Positions 19,029 to 30,048 of a stretch of DNA of 64,000 nucleotides are shown piece by piece; position 1 is the first letter of the stretch, and every line of letters starts with the position of its first letter. A program made the position numbers and the translations under genes. Source of the DNA: Gammaproteobacteria bacterium (GTDB lineage: Bacteria > Pseudomonadota > Gammaproteobacteria > Pseudomonadales > Pseudohongiellaceae); assembly GCA_040218615.1 (NCBI GenBank), contig JAVJRC010000004.1, positions 77,659-141,658 of the forward strand. Reading direction: 5' to 3'. Under the pieces are notes generated by a model. That model did no database searches. It was not told the DNA's origin and was given only the letters and a program-made list of their open reading frames with translations.

Positions 19029-20387
19029 TCAACTGGCAGTAAACACTGCCATCGATTCAACGTGCGCGGTGTGAGGGAACATATCCATTACCCCTGCCGA
19101 TTTCAATTGATAACCATGCTTGAGCAGCTCTGCGGTGTCCCGGGCCAGCGTTGCGGGATTGCAGGAAACGTACAGAATCTTTTGTGCTCCCCGTGACGCG
19201 ATCAGGGGAATAATCTCAAGTGCACCTGAACGTGGAGGGTCCAGGAGTATCTTGTCGTAAGTTTGCATGGCCCAGGGCTGGTCCGGACGTGTCAGGTCGC
19301 CACTTGCAAAAGTGGCATTGTCAATCTGGTTCAATCTGGCGTTGTCTTCAGCCCGGACAACCATTTCCTCGCTACCCTCCACGCCCAGAACAGAGCCACA
19401 GGAACGGGCAATGGGCAGGGTGAAGTTTCCCAGACCACAAAACAAATCCAGCACATTGTCACTGGCTTGCAGATCGAGTATCTCAATGGCGCGATGAATG
19501 GCTTGGCGGTTAATGGATGCGTTTACCTGGGTAAAATCCTGAGGGTGAAACTGCATGGTCAGGTCAAATTCGGGAAGAAAATATTGCAGCCGCTCTGCGC
19601 CCGATGGATGGACCTTGTGCACTGTTTGTGGACCCGCAGGCTGCAGATACAACTCCACCGAATGCTCAGCAGCAAATGCCAGCAACAGTTTCATATCAGT
19701 CTCGGGTATGGCTTGCAGGTGACGAAACACCAAAGCCACCTGTCCGGGACTGTCCGGATCAGGGCCGGTTTCGCCGACTGCGACTTCGATCTGGGGAATC
19801 TGAGTTGAGACGCTTAAGCAGGTAATTAATTCACGCAGGATGGGAATCAGCCTGGCGACTTCTGCAGCCAGTACCTGGCAATTGTCCATGTCGGTGATGA
19901 ATGTCGAATATTTTTCCCTGAATCCAACCAGGGCACCACCTTTCTTGGTCACCAGTCTCACCGCCAGCCGAGCCTTGCGTCGGTAGTGACTGGTATCACC
20001 GTGCATTCGCGGCAGCAGTGAAAAATCTTCTGGCGACAATCCTGCGGCGTGTTGCAGCTGTTCCAACAAGACCGATTCCTTGAACTGCAATTGCTTGTCA
20101 CTGTGCAGGTGACGCAGGGAGCAGCCGCCACATTGCTGGGCAAATTCGCAACCCGGGTCAACACGTTCTGCCGCAGCCTGCTCGATTTCCACGGCTTTCA
20201 GCTCATCCAGCTGACTTCTTTTACGCACGTATTGGGCCAGGACACGCTCACCAGGCAGTGCGCCATCAACAAATGCCACCTTGCCTTCGATATGGCTGAT
20301 GCCCCGACCTTCATGGCTCAACTTTTCGATTTCGAGGCTTACGGGTTCTGTGGGGAGTGGTCGGCGACGTCTTCGTCTTGCATTCAT
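19029..20387 (-). CDS. rlmD: 23S rRNA (uracil1939-C5)-methyltransferase RlmD
   Basis: TRAM-like N-terminus, Cys cluster (CGGCSLRH), and C-terminal DLFCGLGNFTLP / VSCNPATLARD methyltransferase motifs. ATG at 20387. Confidence 0.9.
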   Translation of the reverse strand: MNARRRRRRPLPTEPVSLEIEKLSHEGRGISHIEGKVAFVDGALPGERVLAQYVRKRSQLDELKAVEIEQAAAERVDPGCEFAQQCGGCSLRHLHSDKQLQFKESVLLEQLQHAAGLSPEDFSLLPRMHGDTSHYRRKARLAVRLVTKKGGALVGFREKYSTFITDMDNCQVLAAEVARLIPILRELITCLSVSTQIPQIEVAVGETGPDPDSPGQVALVFRHLQAIPETDMKLLLAFAAEHSVELYLQPAGPQTVHKVHPSGAERLQYFLPEFDLTMQFHPQDFTQVNASINRQAIHRAIEILDLQASDNVLDLFCGLGNFTLPIARSCGSVLGVEGSEEMVVRAEDNARLNQIDNATFASGDLTRPDQPWAMQTYDKILLDPPRSGALEIIPLIASRGAQKILYVSCNPATLARDTAELLKHGYQLKSAGVMDMFPHTAHVESMAVFTAS

Positions 20388-20458
20388 GGGCGAATAGCCA
20401 GGCTTTGAGTTGGCGGGTTTAACGGCTGGGACTGCTGAACAATGCAATCAATTTGCAT

Positions 20459-21349
20459 TTAATTCGAATAAACCCCGGTAGACAGATAGCGATCGCCACG
20501 GTCGCAGATGATGGCAACGATGGTCGCGTTTTCCAGTTCCTGGTTGAGCTGTAGTGCAGCATGGATGGCACCACCGGATGACACACCGCAAAAAATGCCT
20601 TCCTGCCGGGCAAGGGCACGCATGGCGTCTTCGGCGTCTTGCTGATTGATATCGATTACCCGGTCGACGCGGCTGCGATCGAATATTTTTGGCAGATACT
20701 CTTCCGGCCAGCGACGTATTCCAGGTATACGGGAACCATCTGCCGGTTGCAGCCCGACGATTTGTACATCCGGGTTCTGTTCCTTCAAATAGCGTGACAC
20801 ACCCATAATGGTCCCGGTGGTTCCCATGGAGCTGATGAAGTGAGTCACCTTCCCCTTGGTGTCGCGCCAGATTTCCGGTCCGGTGTGGACATAGTGGGCG
20901 TTGGGATTGTCCTCGTTGGCAAATTGATCCAGAACCTTGCCCTTGCCTTCCTGCTGCATTCGTAGCGCCAGATCCCTGGCACCTTCCATGCCCTCTTCCT
21001 CGCTGACCAGGATTAAATCGGCTCCATATGCCAGCATGGACGCTTTTCTTTCATCACTGAGGTTGTCCGGCATGATCAAGGTCATGGCATAGCCCTTGAT
21101 CGCTGCGACCATGGCCAGGGCAATACCCGTGTTGCCGCTGGTTGCCTCAATCAATTGATCGCCGGGTTTAATATCGCCGCGAAGTTCTGCCTGCAAAATC
21201 ATATTGTGGGCAGGCCGGTCTTTCACTGAACCGGCCGGATTATCACCTTCGAGCTTGGCCAGAATCGTGTTGGAAGATTCTCCGGGCAGGCGCTGCAATT
21301 GCACCAAAGGCGTGTTGCCTATTTGTTTCTCGATGCTGGGGTAAGCCAT
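20459..21349 (-). CDS. cysM: Cysteine synthase B
   Basis: 296 aa PLP enzyme (NPAGSVKDRPA, TSGNTGIALA). Lies next to rlmD, as in Pseudomonas. Confidence 0.9.
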   Translation of the reverse strand: MAYPSIEKQIGNTPLVQLQRLPGESSNTILAKLEGDNPAGSVKDRPAHNMILQAELRGDIKPGDQLIEATSGNTGIALAMVAAIKGYAMTLIMPDNLSDERKASMLAYGADLILVSEEEGMEGARDLALRMQQEGKGKVLDQFANEDNPNAHYVHTGPEIWRDTKGKVTHFISSMGTTGTIMGVSRYLKEQNPDVQIVGLQPADGSRIPGIRRWPEEYLPKIFDRSRVDRVIDINQQDAEDAMRALARQEGIFCGVSSGGAIHAALQLNQELENATIVAIICDRGDRYLSTGVYSN

Positions 21350-21456
21350 GGCTGGGTGCCGGTCGCGGGAAAGCGCAAAATTCTACATGGTTTAACAAGA
21401 CCGTAAAAGCTGCGCAGCAGGTTCAATCCCGGCAATTGGAGGCAAACCTGCTGGTT

Positions 21457-22170
21457 TTACTTGAACAGGTGGCGACTGTGGAGGGGTTTCTCGCCCAGAT
21501 GAACAGACAGCGCCTGCCGAAGCAGACGCTTGGCGGAACTGGCTGCAGCCTGATCCTGCAGTTTTAAATCGCGCAACGCGATGAGATGCTCGCCGAGGTA
21601 TTCGTCTGTAGCGGTTTCAGAGGCTGTTGGCGCCGCCGTCAATCGAAAACCGATATCGGGCGTGAACTGATAGCAGGCTTCGGCGCTGATGGCTTCATGT
21701 GACGCACAATCCACTTCAAGATTCAGGGCATAGCCCAACTCCGCCAGCAAATACAGCTCAAACTGACGCAAAATGGGTTCAATCTCTTTCTCACCTGCTT
21801 GCAAGCCCAACAGCGCGTCCTGGTAGTGCCGGTACAGCACTTTGTGTTCTTCCTGGTTATGCAACAGGCGAGACAGCAGTTCATTGAGATAGAGGCCACT
21901 GAATAGTCTGGAGCCCCGCAATTGAATGGCGGACAGATTGCATTCCAACCCGGTCAATGTTTTGACTTCGCTGCGGCCACTGAACGAAGCCAGCAAAGGC
22001 TGGAAAAGCTGAAGCAATGAACGAAATCTGGACTTCTCGCGCCGCGCGCCTTTGGCAACGGCACGTACCAGACCATAATCAAGGGTAAAGAAATCTACCA
22101 GCAGGCTGGTGTTTTGAAAGGCTCGACTATGCAGCACATAGGCCGGTTGTAGGGTGACACGAGAATCCAT
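21457..22170 (-). CDS. recO: DNA repair protein RecO
   Basis: 237 aa, PAYVLHSRAFQNTSLLVDFFT... Follows rnc-era-recO order. Confidence 0.9.
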   Translation of the reverse strand: MDSRVTLQPAYVLHSRAFQNTSLLVDFFTLDYGLVRAVAKGARREKSRFRSLLQLFQPLLASFSGRSEVKTLTGLECNLSAIQLRGSRLFSGLYLNELLSRLLHNQEEHKVLYRHYQDALLGLQAGEKEIEPILRQFELYLLAELGYALNLEVDCASHEAISAEACYQFTPDIGFRLTAAPTASETATDEYLGEHLIALRDLKLQDQAAASSAKRLLRQALSVHLGEKPLHSRHLFK

Positions 22171-22185
22171 AGTTGCAGCGCAAGT

Positions 22186-23079
22186 TTAATCTGTGTAGCC
22201 AAGACTCTGTAACGCACGTTCGTCGTCGGCCCAGCCGGATTTTACCTTGACCCAGAGGTTGAGCATGACCTTGGTGGAAAACGCGGTCTCCATGTCTTCC
22301 CTGGCAGCGCTGCCGATCTGCTTCATACGTGATCCGTCTGCGCCAATCAGTATTTTCTTTTGCCCGGGCTTATCCACCAGAATCAAACCATGGATATGCA
22401 AAACTTTCTCTTCCTGTTCGAATTTTTCGATTTCGACCGTAACTTCATAGGGTAACTCATCACCCAGTTGCCTGGTCACTTTCTCCCTGATCAACTCAGC
22501 AGCAAGAAAGCGGGAGCTGCGATCGGTAACCTGGTCCTCGGGGAACAGGAACGGCCCCTCAGGCAGATACCCATGCACCAGTTGTTCCAGAGTCTCCAGG
22601 TTATGACCGCCCAGTGCAGAGATGGGCACCACTTCCGCGAAATCGTATCGCTTGGACAATTGTTCAATATGGGGCAGCAGCAGTTGTTTGTCTTTCAGTA
22701 AATCAACCTTGTTGATCACCAGAATCACCGGCACCCTGGATTGCTGGAGTTTACTCAAGACCAGTTCGTCGGTTTCATTGAATACAGTGCGCTCAACTAC
22801 GAATACCACCACATCCACATCGCGCAAGGTGGTTAACACCGCCTCATTCATGATGCGATTGAGTTGCTTGCGCTGGTCCGAATGCAAACCTGGTGTGTCC
22901 ACAAACAGGGTTTGATGACTACCCGTGGTGTTGATGCCCAGGATTCTATGCCGCGTGGTCTGTGGTTTGCGTGAGGTAATGCTGATCTTTTGCCTGAGCA
23001 AATGATTGAGCAAAGTAGACTTGCCCACATTGGGTCTGCCTACCAGCGCGACATAGCCACAAAAAGTTTTCTCAGTCAT
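22186..23079 (-). CDS. era: GTPase Era
   Basis: 297 aa with G1 [17 protein letters not shown] and a KH domain. Overlaps the rnc stop. Confidence 0.96.
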   Translation of the reverse strand: MTEKTFCGYVALVGRPNVGKSTLLNHLLRQKISITSRKPQTTRHRILGINTTGSHQTLFVDTPGLHSDQRKQLNRIMNEAVLTTLRDVDVVVFVVERTVFNETDELVLSKLQQSRVPVILVINKVDLLKDKQLLLPHIEQLSKRYDFAEVVPISALGGHNLETLEQLVHGYLPEGPFLFPEDQVTDRSSRFLAAELIREKVTRQLGDELPYEVTVEIEKFEQEEKVLHIHGLILVDKPGQKKILIGADGSRMKQIGSAAREDMETAFSTKVMLNLWVKVKSGWADDERALQSLGYTD

Positions 23080-23758
23080 TCTCGTCCAGTGCGTCCAGTT
23101 GTTTCAGCATATTTTTCGCCGCTTCCTGTTCAGCCATGCGTTTGCTGCTGCCAGAGCCCTGTTGCGCCTGCCCGGAGAGAGTGGTCTCGCATGCCACCAG
23201 GAATTGTTGCGCGTGGGCTTTACCGCTTGTCTCCAGCACCTTGTAGCTGGGCAGTTCTTGTCCCTGGGACTGCAGCAACTCCTGTAATTGGGTCTTGTAG
23301 TCCTTGCGCCGTCGGCGTTTGGGATTCGCCAGCAGTTCGCTGGTGATTCTTGCGATGAATTCCTTGCAGCGGCCTATACCCGCATCCAGATAGACTGCGG
23401 CGACGATGGCTTCCAGCGTGTCCGCCAGGATGGATTGGCGCTGTTTGCCACCGCTGCTGGCCTCACCAGCGCCGAGATAGACTGCATCACCGACGCCCAG
23501 TTCAGCGGCGATTGTGGCCAATGCAGATTTATTGACAATGGCCGCGCGCATGCGAGTGAGTTCGCCTTCGCTGGCTTCTGGATAGGATTCAAAAAGCTGT
23601 TCGCCGATGACAAAATCCAGCAAGGCATCGCCCAGATATTCAAGGCGTTCGTTATTGGGTCTGCCGGCACTGCGGTGCGTCAGTGCCTGCCGCAGTAATC
23701 CCGAGTCTTTAAACTGATAGTCGAGGTTCTGTTGGAGTTGATCTTGCCCGGCTGCCAT
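23072..23758 (-). CDS. rnc: Ribonuclease III
   Basis: [11 protein letters not shown]...[12 protein letters not shown] catalytic signature plus a dsRBD. I chose the ATG at 23758; the listed 292 aa ORF is extended at its N-terminus. Confidence 0.93.
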   Translation of the reverse strand: MAAGQDQLQQNLDYQFKDSGLLRQALTHRSAGRPNNERLEYLGDALLDFVIGEQLFESYPEASEGELTRMRAAIVNKSALATIAAELGVGDAVYLGAGEASSGGKQRQSILADTLEAIVAAVYLDAGIGRCKEFIARITSELLANPKRRRRKDYKTQLQELLQSQGQELPSYKVLETSGKAHAQQFLVACETTLSGQAQQGSGSSKRMAEQEAAKNMLKQLDALDEND

Positions 23759-23771
23759 CTCACAAGTCGTT

Positions 23772-24149
23772 CTATTGCAGAACGGTGTCGAAGACGGCGA
23801 CGATATCCAGATTGGCCACCAGTGGAAGGCGGCGTTCATAGGCCACCGTGATAATGGCGTTGCCGTTTTCCTTGCGCATGCGAATGTCCGAAAGATCAAA
23901 GCCGGACACGTTATTGATCCGCAGACTGGCCGAAACACGTTCCCTGACATCGTTGACTGTCATATTGGCCGCCTCGCCATTGTCGATCAATTCCTGACAG
24001 ATGCCGGTGATCAGATTGTGATCCACATACAGGGGTCCTACTTTCAGACCCACCGTGAAAAACAGGGTGATGATGACAATAACCAGCATCAATCCTGATT
24101 TTGAAAATCCCCGTTGCCTGTCAAGTCTGCTATTGCTTACACGATTCAT
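23772..24149 (-). CDS. DUF4845-type small membrane-anchored protein
   Basis: About 125 aa with a single N-terminal TM. It occupies the conserved slot between lepB and rnc. ATG at 24149 with AGGGA upstream. Confidence 0.7.
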   Translation of the reverse strand: MNRVSNSRLDRQRGFSKSGLMLVIVIITLFFTVGLKVGPLYVDHNLITGICQELIDNGEAANMTVNDVRERVSASLRINNVSGFDLSDIRMRKENGNAIITVAYERRLPLVANLDIVAVFDTVLQ

Positions 24150-24267
24150 GGTCAATTTCCCTGCGTTCTCCGACAATGTATCGGCCTATGGCCCCAATAT
24201 AACAGTAGATTTTGTGGCTGCTATTTTCTACCAAGCAGTTCACAGAATTGCTGTATTTCGATGCCCC

Positions 24268-25125
24268 TTACTCGGTATCCGGCGCTTGCTGGATAAACTT
24301 GTTTTGACTGAAAGTGGGCAGATTCAGACCTGGCTCCTTGTGCATCCACACAGCAATGGCCTTGCCCACGATGTTTTCCTCCGGCACGGTGCCCCAGTCG
24401 CGACTGTCGAAACTGTTGTCCCGGTTATCGCCCATCATGAAATAATGTCCATTGGGCACCACCCAGGTGGTACGCTCATTGTTATTTCTCAGATTGCTGA
24501 TGAACTGCGTGTCGTGAGTAATACCGCCAATCGTCTCAGCATACAATTCACCGGGAAGTTCGCCGATCTGGGTATCCACCAGAATGTCCGCCACAAACTC
24601 TTTTTCAACCAGCTCACCGTTCACAAAGAGATCCCGGTTTTCATAACGGATGGTATCACCGGGCAAACCGATAACCCGCTTGATGTAATAGGTTTCTTCG
24701 ATGGGTTGAATGAACACCATCACTTCACCCCGCTTCGGCTCATCCACATCGACCAGTTTCGTTCCCAACACCGGCAGACGCAAGCCATAGGCATATTTGT
24801 TCACCAGCACGAAGTCCCCCACCTGCAGGGTTGGAATCATGGATCCAGTAGGGATCTGGAATGGCTCTACCAGGAAGGACCGCAGCACCAGGACGATAAG
24901 CAACACCGGGAAAAAAGATTTGGCATATTCGATTACCACAGGCTCTCGCGCCAGCTCTTCCAGTTCTGTGCTTATTTGCTCGTCGCTTTTACCCTTGAAC
25001 TCGCGTTTCTGATAGTCGGCAACAGCCTCCTCCCTGCCCTTTTTGAGCAGCAGATGATCGAGCAACCACAGCACACCACAGAACGCGACCAGGCATACCA
25101 GGACCAGGGCAAAATCGATATTCAC
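24268..25125 (-). CDS. lepB: Signal peptidase I
   Basis: 285 aa, GTG start, with SGSMIPTL and GDNRDNSFDSR boxes. Confidence 0.94.
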   Translation of the reverse strand: MNIDFALVLVCLVAFCGVLWLLDHLLLKKGREEAVADYQKREFKGKSDEQISTELEELAREPVVIEYAKSFFPVLLIVLVLRSFLVEPFQIPTGSMIPTLQVGDFVLVNKYAYGLRLPVLGTKLVDVDEPKRGEVMVFIQPIEETYYIKRVIGLPGDTIRYENRDLFVNGELVEKEFVADILVDTQIGELPGELYAETIGGITHDTQFISNLRNNNERTTWVVPNGHYFMMGDNRDNSFDSRDWGTVPEENIVGKAIAVWMHKEPGLNLPTFSQNKFIQQAPDTE

Positions 25126-25180
25126 AAGACACTCACCTTAAACTGACCAACTTCAACTGATCACCTTTACCTTTCTACCG

Positions 25181-26980
25181 TTAACTGTCGACCTTGAGCA
25201 CAGCAAGAAAGGCTTCCTGGGGCACTTCAACATTGCCCACCTGCTTCATGCGCTTCTTGCCTGCTTTCTGTTTCTCCAGCAGCTTCTTCTTGCGCGTGAT
25301 ATCGCCACCGTAGCATTTGGCAGTGACATTCTTGCGTAGCGCCTTGACCGTGGAGCGCGCAATGATCTGGCCACCGATGGCAGCCTGAATCGCAACATCG
25401 TAAAGCTGCCGGGGAATCAGTTCTTTCATTTTTTCCACCAGCAATCGCCCCTTGGAATGGGCATGCTCACGAAACACAATCAGTGCAAGCGCATCGACGC
25501 GGTCGCCATTGATGAGCACATCCAGGCGAACCAGATCGGATGGTTCATAGCGATCGAATTGATAGTCCAGGGAAGCGTAGCCGCGACTCACTGATTTGAG
25601 GCGGTCAAAGAAGTCCATCACCACTTCGTTCATGGGCAGTGCGTAATTCAGGGAGACTTGTTTGCCGAGGAACTGCATGTCTTTTTGTACGCCCCGTTTC
25701 TCAACGCACAGGGTTATCACATTGCCCAGGTATTCCTGGGGCACCAGTATATTGGCAATTACAATGGGCTCGCGCATTTCGGCAATATTGTTCACCGGTG
25801 GCAGAGCGGAAGGACTGTCTACCTTGCGCACTTCACCATCTTCCATTACTACTTCGTAGACCACCGTTGGAGCTGTGGTAATGAGTGAAAGGTCATACTC
25901 CCGCTCCAGCCGCTCATGGATAATCTCCATGTGCAGCATGCCGAGAAAGCCGCAGCGAAAACCGAAACCCAGGGCATCAGAACTTTCGGGCTCGTAGTAA
26001 AGGGAAGCATCGTTGAGGGTGAGCTTCTCCAGGGCATCGCGAAAATCCTCAAAGTCATCTGAGGAGACCGGGAACAGTCCCGCATAGACCTGGGGTTGAA
26101 TCTTGCGAAATCCGGCCAGCGCTTTGACATCGGGCGTCTTCGCCAGAGTCAGGGTGTCACCTACCGGCGCGCCGTGAATGTCCTTGATACCGGCTTCGAT
26201 AAAACCCACTTCTCCGGCCCTGAGCCGATTGGTCAGGGTACGCTTGGGAGTGAACACACCGATGTTGTCTACCACATGCCCCTTGCCAATTGTCTTGGCG
26301 ATGATCTTGTCGCCCTTGTTGAGTTCACCCTGCATCACCCGCACCAGGGAGACCACACCCAGGTAATTGTCAAACCACGAGTCAATGATAAGTGCCTGCA
26401 GATCGGCGTCGCTGTTACCTGTGGGAGGTGGCACCTTGGCGATGATCTGTTCGAGGATGTCTTCCACGCCCATACCGGTTTTGGCACTGGCTTCCACCGC
26501 TTCGGTGGCATCGATACCGATAATTTCTTCAATCTCCTGGCGCACCTGCTCCGGCTCCGCCTGGGGTAAATCCATTTTGTTCAACACCGGGATCACTTCC
26601 AGTCCCTGTTCGATGGCGGTGTAGCAGGTTGCCACCGACTGGGCCTCGACTCCCTGGCCGGCATCGACCACCAGTAACGCCCCTTCACAGGCCGCAAGGG
26701 AGCGGGAAACTTCATAGGTAAAATCCACATGGCCGGGCGTGTCGATGAAATTGAGCTGATACTTTTCACCATTTCTGGCCTGGTAATACAGCGTGACGCT
26801 TTGTGCCTTGATGGTGATGCCCCGTTCCCGTTCGATGTCCAGGTTGTCGAGAATCTGTTCTGCCATTTCCCGCTCGGCAAGTCCTCCACAATGCTGGATG
26901 AATCGATCGGCAAGGGTAGACTTGCCGTGATCAATATGGGCAATGATGGAAAAATTTCTAATGTGGCTAAGGTCTGTCAC
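25181..26980 (-). CDS. lepA: Translation elongation factor 4 (LepA)
   Basis: [25 protein letters not shown] and NKMD motifs. A GTG at 26980 gives a 599 aa product, matching the E. coli LepA length. Confidence 0.95.
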   Translation of the reverse strand: MTDLSHIRNFSIIAHIDHGKSTLADRFIQHCGGLAEREMAEQILDNLDIERERGITIKAQSVTLYYQARNGEKYQLNFIDTPGHVDFTYEVSRSLAACEGALLVVDAGQGVEAQSVATCYTAIEQGLEVIPVLNKMDLPQAEPEQVRQEIEEIIGIDATEAVEASAKTGMGVEDILEQIIAKVPPPTGNSDADLQALIIDSWFDNYLGVVSLVRVMQGELNKGDKIIAKTIGKGHVVDNIGVFTPKRTLTNRLRAGEVGFIEAGIKDIHGAPVGDTLTLAKTPDVKALAGFRKIQPQVYAGLFPVSSDDFEDFRDALEKLTLNDASLYYEPESSDALGFGFRCGFLGMLHMEIIHERLEREYDLSLITTAPTVVYEVVMEDGEVRKVDSPSALPPVNNIAEMREPIVIANILVPQEYLGNVITLCVEKRGVQKDMQFLGKQVSLNYALPMNEVVMDFFDRLKSVSRGYASLDYQFDRYEPSDLVRLDVLINGDRVDALALIVFREHAHSKGRLLVEKMKELIPRQLYDVAIQAAIGGQIIARSTVKALRKNVTAKCYGGDITRKKKLLEKQKAGKKRMKQVGNVEVPQEAFLAVLKVDS

Positions 26981-27116
26981 TTCGAGGCTTCTGGGATTGA
27001 TTCGGTTCAATGGGCACACGTGCCATTTATCAGGCGCGCAAGTCTACTCCAATACAGCTTTACTTGGCAGCATGGCGCACCACAATGTTGTGGCAATACA
27101 TTGGAGTCGGTTGGTG

Positions 27117-28532
27117 TTATTGGGCGAGTTCCAGTGCCAGCGTGGTGGCCTGCCCTTCCCGGACTATGCGAATGGGGACGAAACCACTGTCTGGTAATGC
27201 ATTGGCGATTTCGGCGAATTCCTCGGCACTGCTTACTTCGCGCCGATTCAGCGCCACAATGACATCGCCTTCGCGCAAACCCGCTTCCCGGCCCGGACCT
27301 TCGTTTAGCTCGGCTATACGGACGCCGTTCAGGCCCGATACCTGTCGTGCTTCAGGGCTGAGTTCGGCCACCCGGAATCCGAGCGGATTGCCTCGATCCC
27401 GAACCACTGCCGGTGCCGTGTCCGCGACTATGTTGGTAGGCGAGCTGCCCAGGGTGACTGCACGGGTTAATAACTCACCGTTTCGATACAGCAGCACATC
27501 TGCTGTGGTGTCGGGTCGATACTGCCCCACATAAAATGGCAGATCGGTGTAGTACTCAATTTCGTGGCCGTTGAATTCAACGATGATGTCTTCGTTGCGA
27601 ATCCCGCCAGTCTCTGCGGGAGAACCGGGTTGAACTTCATCGACGAAGGCACCTTTCGGCCGGTCCATGCCAAAAATTTCTGCCAGGGCATAATCCACTT
27701 CGCGCATTCTCACGCCGAGCAGACCCCGTTCCACTGCCCCGCTGTCGCGAAGCTGCTCCACCACATTCATGGCCACGTTGCTGGGTATGGAAAAGGAGAT
27801 TCCGTTGGAGCCACCCGTCGAGCTGAGAATCTGGGAATTGATACCCACTACCTCACCGCTGAGATTGAACAGGGGACCACCGGAATTACCCTGGTTAATG
27901 GCCACATCAGTTTGAATGAACGACATGTAATTGTAGGCAGAGCGACCGGGCACCGAACGGCCTTTGGCGCTGACAATGCCGGCAGCGGCTGAAAATTCCA
28001 GACCAAAAGGTGAACCAATGGCCAGCACCCACTCACCTACCCGCAGGTCGTCGGAGTTACCGAATTCCACGTACGGAAGTTCGCTGGCATCAACCTTGAG
28101 CAAAGCCAGGTCGGAAGGCTCGTCGAGACCAACCACTTCTGCATCGAAAACCCGCCGGTCGTTGAGTGTGACCTGGATTTCGTCGGCACCGACAACCACA
28201 TGGTTGTTGGTAATGACAAAACCATCGGAAGAAATCAGAAAACCAGAGCCCACTGCCGCTCGCTGGCGTTGTTCCGGGATACCTTCAATATTGAAATCCG
28301 GATCCCCGTTGGGATTGAGTCGACGGAGTAATTCTTCCAGCTCCTCGTCGGCAATGGGAGCACGCGCGGCGACTCTCCGGGTGGTGGAGATCTCCACGAT
28401 AGTCGGAGCGTTTCTCTCAACCAGGGTGGCAAAATCAGGTAATTCCGCCGCTTGCGCCAGGCTGCCCATAAGCAGACTGGAGATGAGGCAAGCGCCGAGC
28501 GCTGTTAAGACTTGTCTTTGGCTAGTTTTCAT
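27117..28532 (-). CDS. mucD: Periplasmic serine endoprotease DegP/MucD family
   Basis: Signal peptide, trypsin-like domain (TNNHVV, GNSGGPL) and two PDZ regions. Downstream of rpoE-rseA. ATG at 28532. Confidence 0.88.
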   Translation of the reverse strand: MKTSQRQVLTALGACLISSLLMGSLAQAAELPDFATLVERNAPTIVEISTTRRVAARAPIADEELEELLRRLNPNGDPDFNIEGIPEQRQRAAVGSGFLISSDGFVITNNHVVVGADEIQVTLNDRRVFDAEVVGLDEPSDLALLKVDASELPYVEFGNSDDLRVGEWVLAIGSPFGLEFSAAAGIVSAKGRSVPGRSAYNYMSFIQTDVAINQGNSGGPLFNLSGEVVGINSQILSSTGGSNGISFSIPSNVAMNVVEQLRDSGAVERGLLGVRMREVDYALAEIFGMDRPKGAFVDEVQPGSPAETGGIRNEDIIVEFNGHEIEYYTDLPFYVGQYRPDTTADVLLYRNGELLTRAVTLGSSPTNIVADTAPAVVRDRGNPLGFRVAELSPEARQVSGLNGVRIAELNEGPGREAGLREGDVIVALNRREVSSAEEFAEIANALPDSGFVPIRIVREGQATTLALELAQ

Positions 28533-28642
28533 GGGCGCTAATGTAGCATATTGCAGGCGCGATCTCACCGCTTGCTGCATTCGGCCGGGCAGGCGATTTC
28601 AGTCCTGCTGGAGGGAGTTTGGAGGCTGGTCGAAGCTCTGGT

Positions 28643-29206
28643 TCAGGGCCTGGTCTGGTACTCGTTGACCAGTCTGTACAGCGGTGAATCCTGCAGGTGC
28701 TCTATCCGTACGGGTTCTTCTGGATTGAAACGCATTGAGTCAAAGAACTGCCGGAAATACTCCGTTGTGACTTCAGGATCTACTTCAATTGCTGGACTAT
28801 CTGCGATCAGTGCCGCAGGTTGTATCAGTTGTTCCTGGGCAACCGGCGCCGATTGCTGGACCACAGCAGGCGCATCAGGGCTGGTGACTTGCGGTTGCAG
28901 GGCGATAACGGCCACCACAGCGACACTGGCGGCGATAGCCACGCGGGTGAGCTGGGCTGTCCAGCGACGGGAGCCCGCGCGGACAACGGCTGGTTCCTGT
29001 TCGACGGCAGCAGCCACTTTTTCGGCCAGGGTATCAGCCACGGGAATGCCACGTTCATGCAGCACTGACTGTGCCAGATGGTAACGCTGCCAGCGCTGTG
29101 CGAGTTCGGGATCGCTTTCCATGGCTTTGAGCACACGGCGCAATTCCAGCTCGTCGGTCTCTCCGTCCATCAAGGCAGAGAGTGATTCCTGTTCGTATTG
29201 GTTCAT
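28643..29206 (-). CDS. rseA: Anti-sigma-E factor RseA/MucA
   Basis: MNQYEQESLSALMDGE...RWQRYHLAQSVL is the RseA N-terminal domain, followed by a central TM. Immediately downstream of rpoE. Confidence 0.88.
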   Translation of the reverse strand: MNQYEQESLSALMDGETDELELRRVLKAMESDPELAQRWQRYHLAQSVLHERGIPVADTLAEKVAAAVEQEPAVVRAGSRRWTAQLTRVAIAASVAVVAVIALQPQVTSPDAPAVVQQSAPVAQEQLIQPAALIADSPAIEVDPEVTTEYFRQFFDSMRFNPEEPVRIEHLQDSPLYRLVNEYQTRP

Positions 29207-29304
29207 TTAGCGGCCCCGCTAACTACTGATTAGTACCGATTCAATTCGTCTGTTGGCTGGCTGTGTCTTCACAACGCTTCCCTTTTTGAGGCAGCAAACA
29301 GCAG

Positions 29305-29874
29305 TTAAATCAAATCTCTTATCTTCTTGTCGATCGCTTCCCTTGCCCTGAAGATTCTCGATCGCACCGTGCCTACCGGACAATCCATGACTTCGGTAAT
29401 GTCCTCGTAGCTTAATCCGGAAAATTCCCGCAGCGTAAACGCTGTTTTCAAATCTTCTGGCAAATCTTCTATCGCTTCCAGAATCGCCTGCTTTAGATTC
29501 TCTGTAGCCAGCGCGCCTTCCGGATCTTCTATGTCTCTGAGCACCGAACCGAACTCGGTCATTTCGGCCTCATCCACGTTGACATCACTGGCCGGTGGTC
29601 GCCGGCTCCGGGATACCAGGTGGTTCTTCGCCGTATTCACTGCAATTCGGTACAACCAGGTATAAAAAGCGCTGTCGCCCCGGAACAGGGGTAGAGCGCG
29701 ATAGGCCTTAACGAAGGCCTCCTGGCTTACATCCTCTGCTTCTGCAGCATCGTGGACGAAGCGTCCTACCAGAGCAGCTACCCGGTGCTGATAACGCAGC
29801 ACCAACAGGTTAAATGCGTTCTTTTCACCTGCCAGCACCCTGTCAACAAGCTGCTGATCGGTCGCTTCAGACAT
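29305..29874 (-). CDS. rpoE: ECF sigma factor RpoE/AlgU
   Basis: MSEATDQQLVDRVLAGEKNAFNLLVLRYQHRV... is close to the RpoE N-terminus. ATG at 29874 with AGGAG upstream. Confidence 0.95.
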   Translation of the reverse strand: MSEATDQQLVDRVLAGEKNAFNLLVLRYQHRVAALVGRFVHDAAEAEDVSQEAFVKAYRALPLFRGDSAFYTWLYRIAVNTAKNHLVSRSRRPPASDVNVDEAEMTEFGSVLRDIEDPEGALATENLKQAILEAIEDLPEDLKTAFTLREFSGLSYEDITEVMDCPVGTVRSRIFRAREAIDKKIRDLI

Positions 29875-29964
29875 TTGTTCCAACTCCTAAATCCGTTTTT
29901 ATCCCGATTCCCTAGCCTGAGATAACACAGAAACTGCCAGGAACAAATGCACCTGCTCGAGGAA

Positions 29965-29991
29965 GTAGACAGTAATTCAGGGCAAAAGTTC
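29965..29991 (-). promoter_or_regulatory. Putative sigma-E-dependent autoregulated promoter of rpoE
   Basis: The minus strand reads GAACTT-N16-TCTAC about 90 nt upstream of the rpoE ATG. This matches the GAACTT-N16/17-TCnnA type consensus known for RpoE/AlgU promoters. Confidence 0.5.
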
Positions 29992-30048
29992 TCACGTCAT
30001 AGAAAATTTTTGGTGGTGGCCCGCTTAGAAAGTAGCTCCGAACTACGA

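Noticed and set aside
21350-21456. Absence of pdxJ/acpS after recO as a notable deletion.
   Set aside because: The rnc-era-recO-pdxJ linkage is variable among gammaproteobacteria. It cannot be judged without the rest of the genome.
24055-25146. 363 aa plus-strand ORF. Similar long antisense ORFs lie at 36891-37721, 6110-6811, 6685-7404, 8032-8739, 8782-9351, 44999-45565 and 63296-63991.
   Set aside because: Each lies antisense to a gene with strong family motifs (lepB, arsM, map/glnD, elaA, frmA). Their translations are low-information with no recognisable domains.
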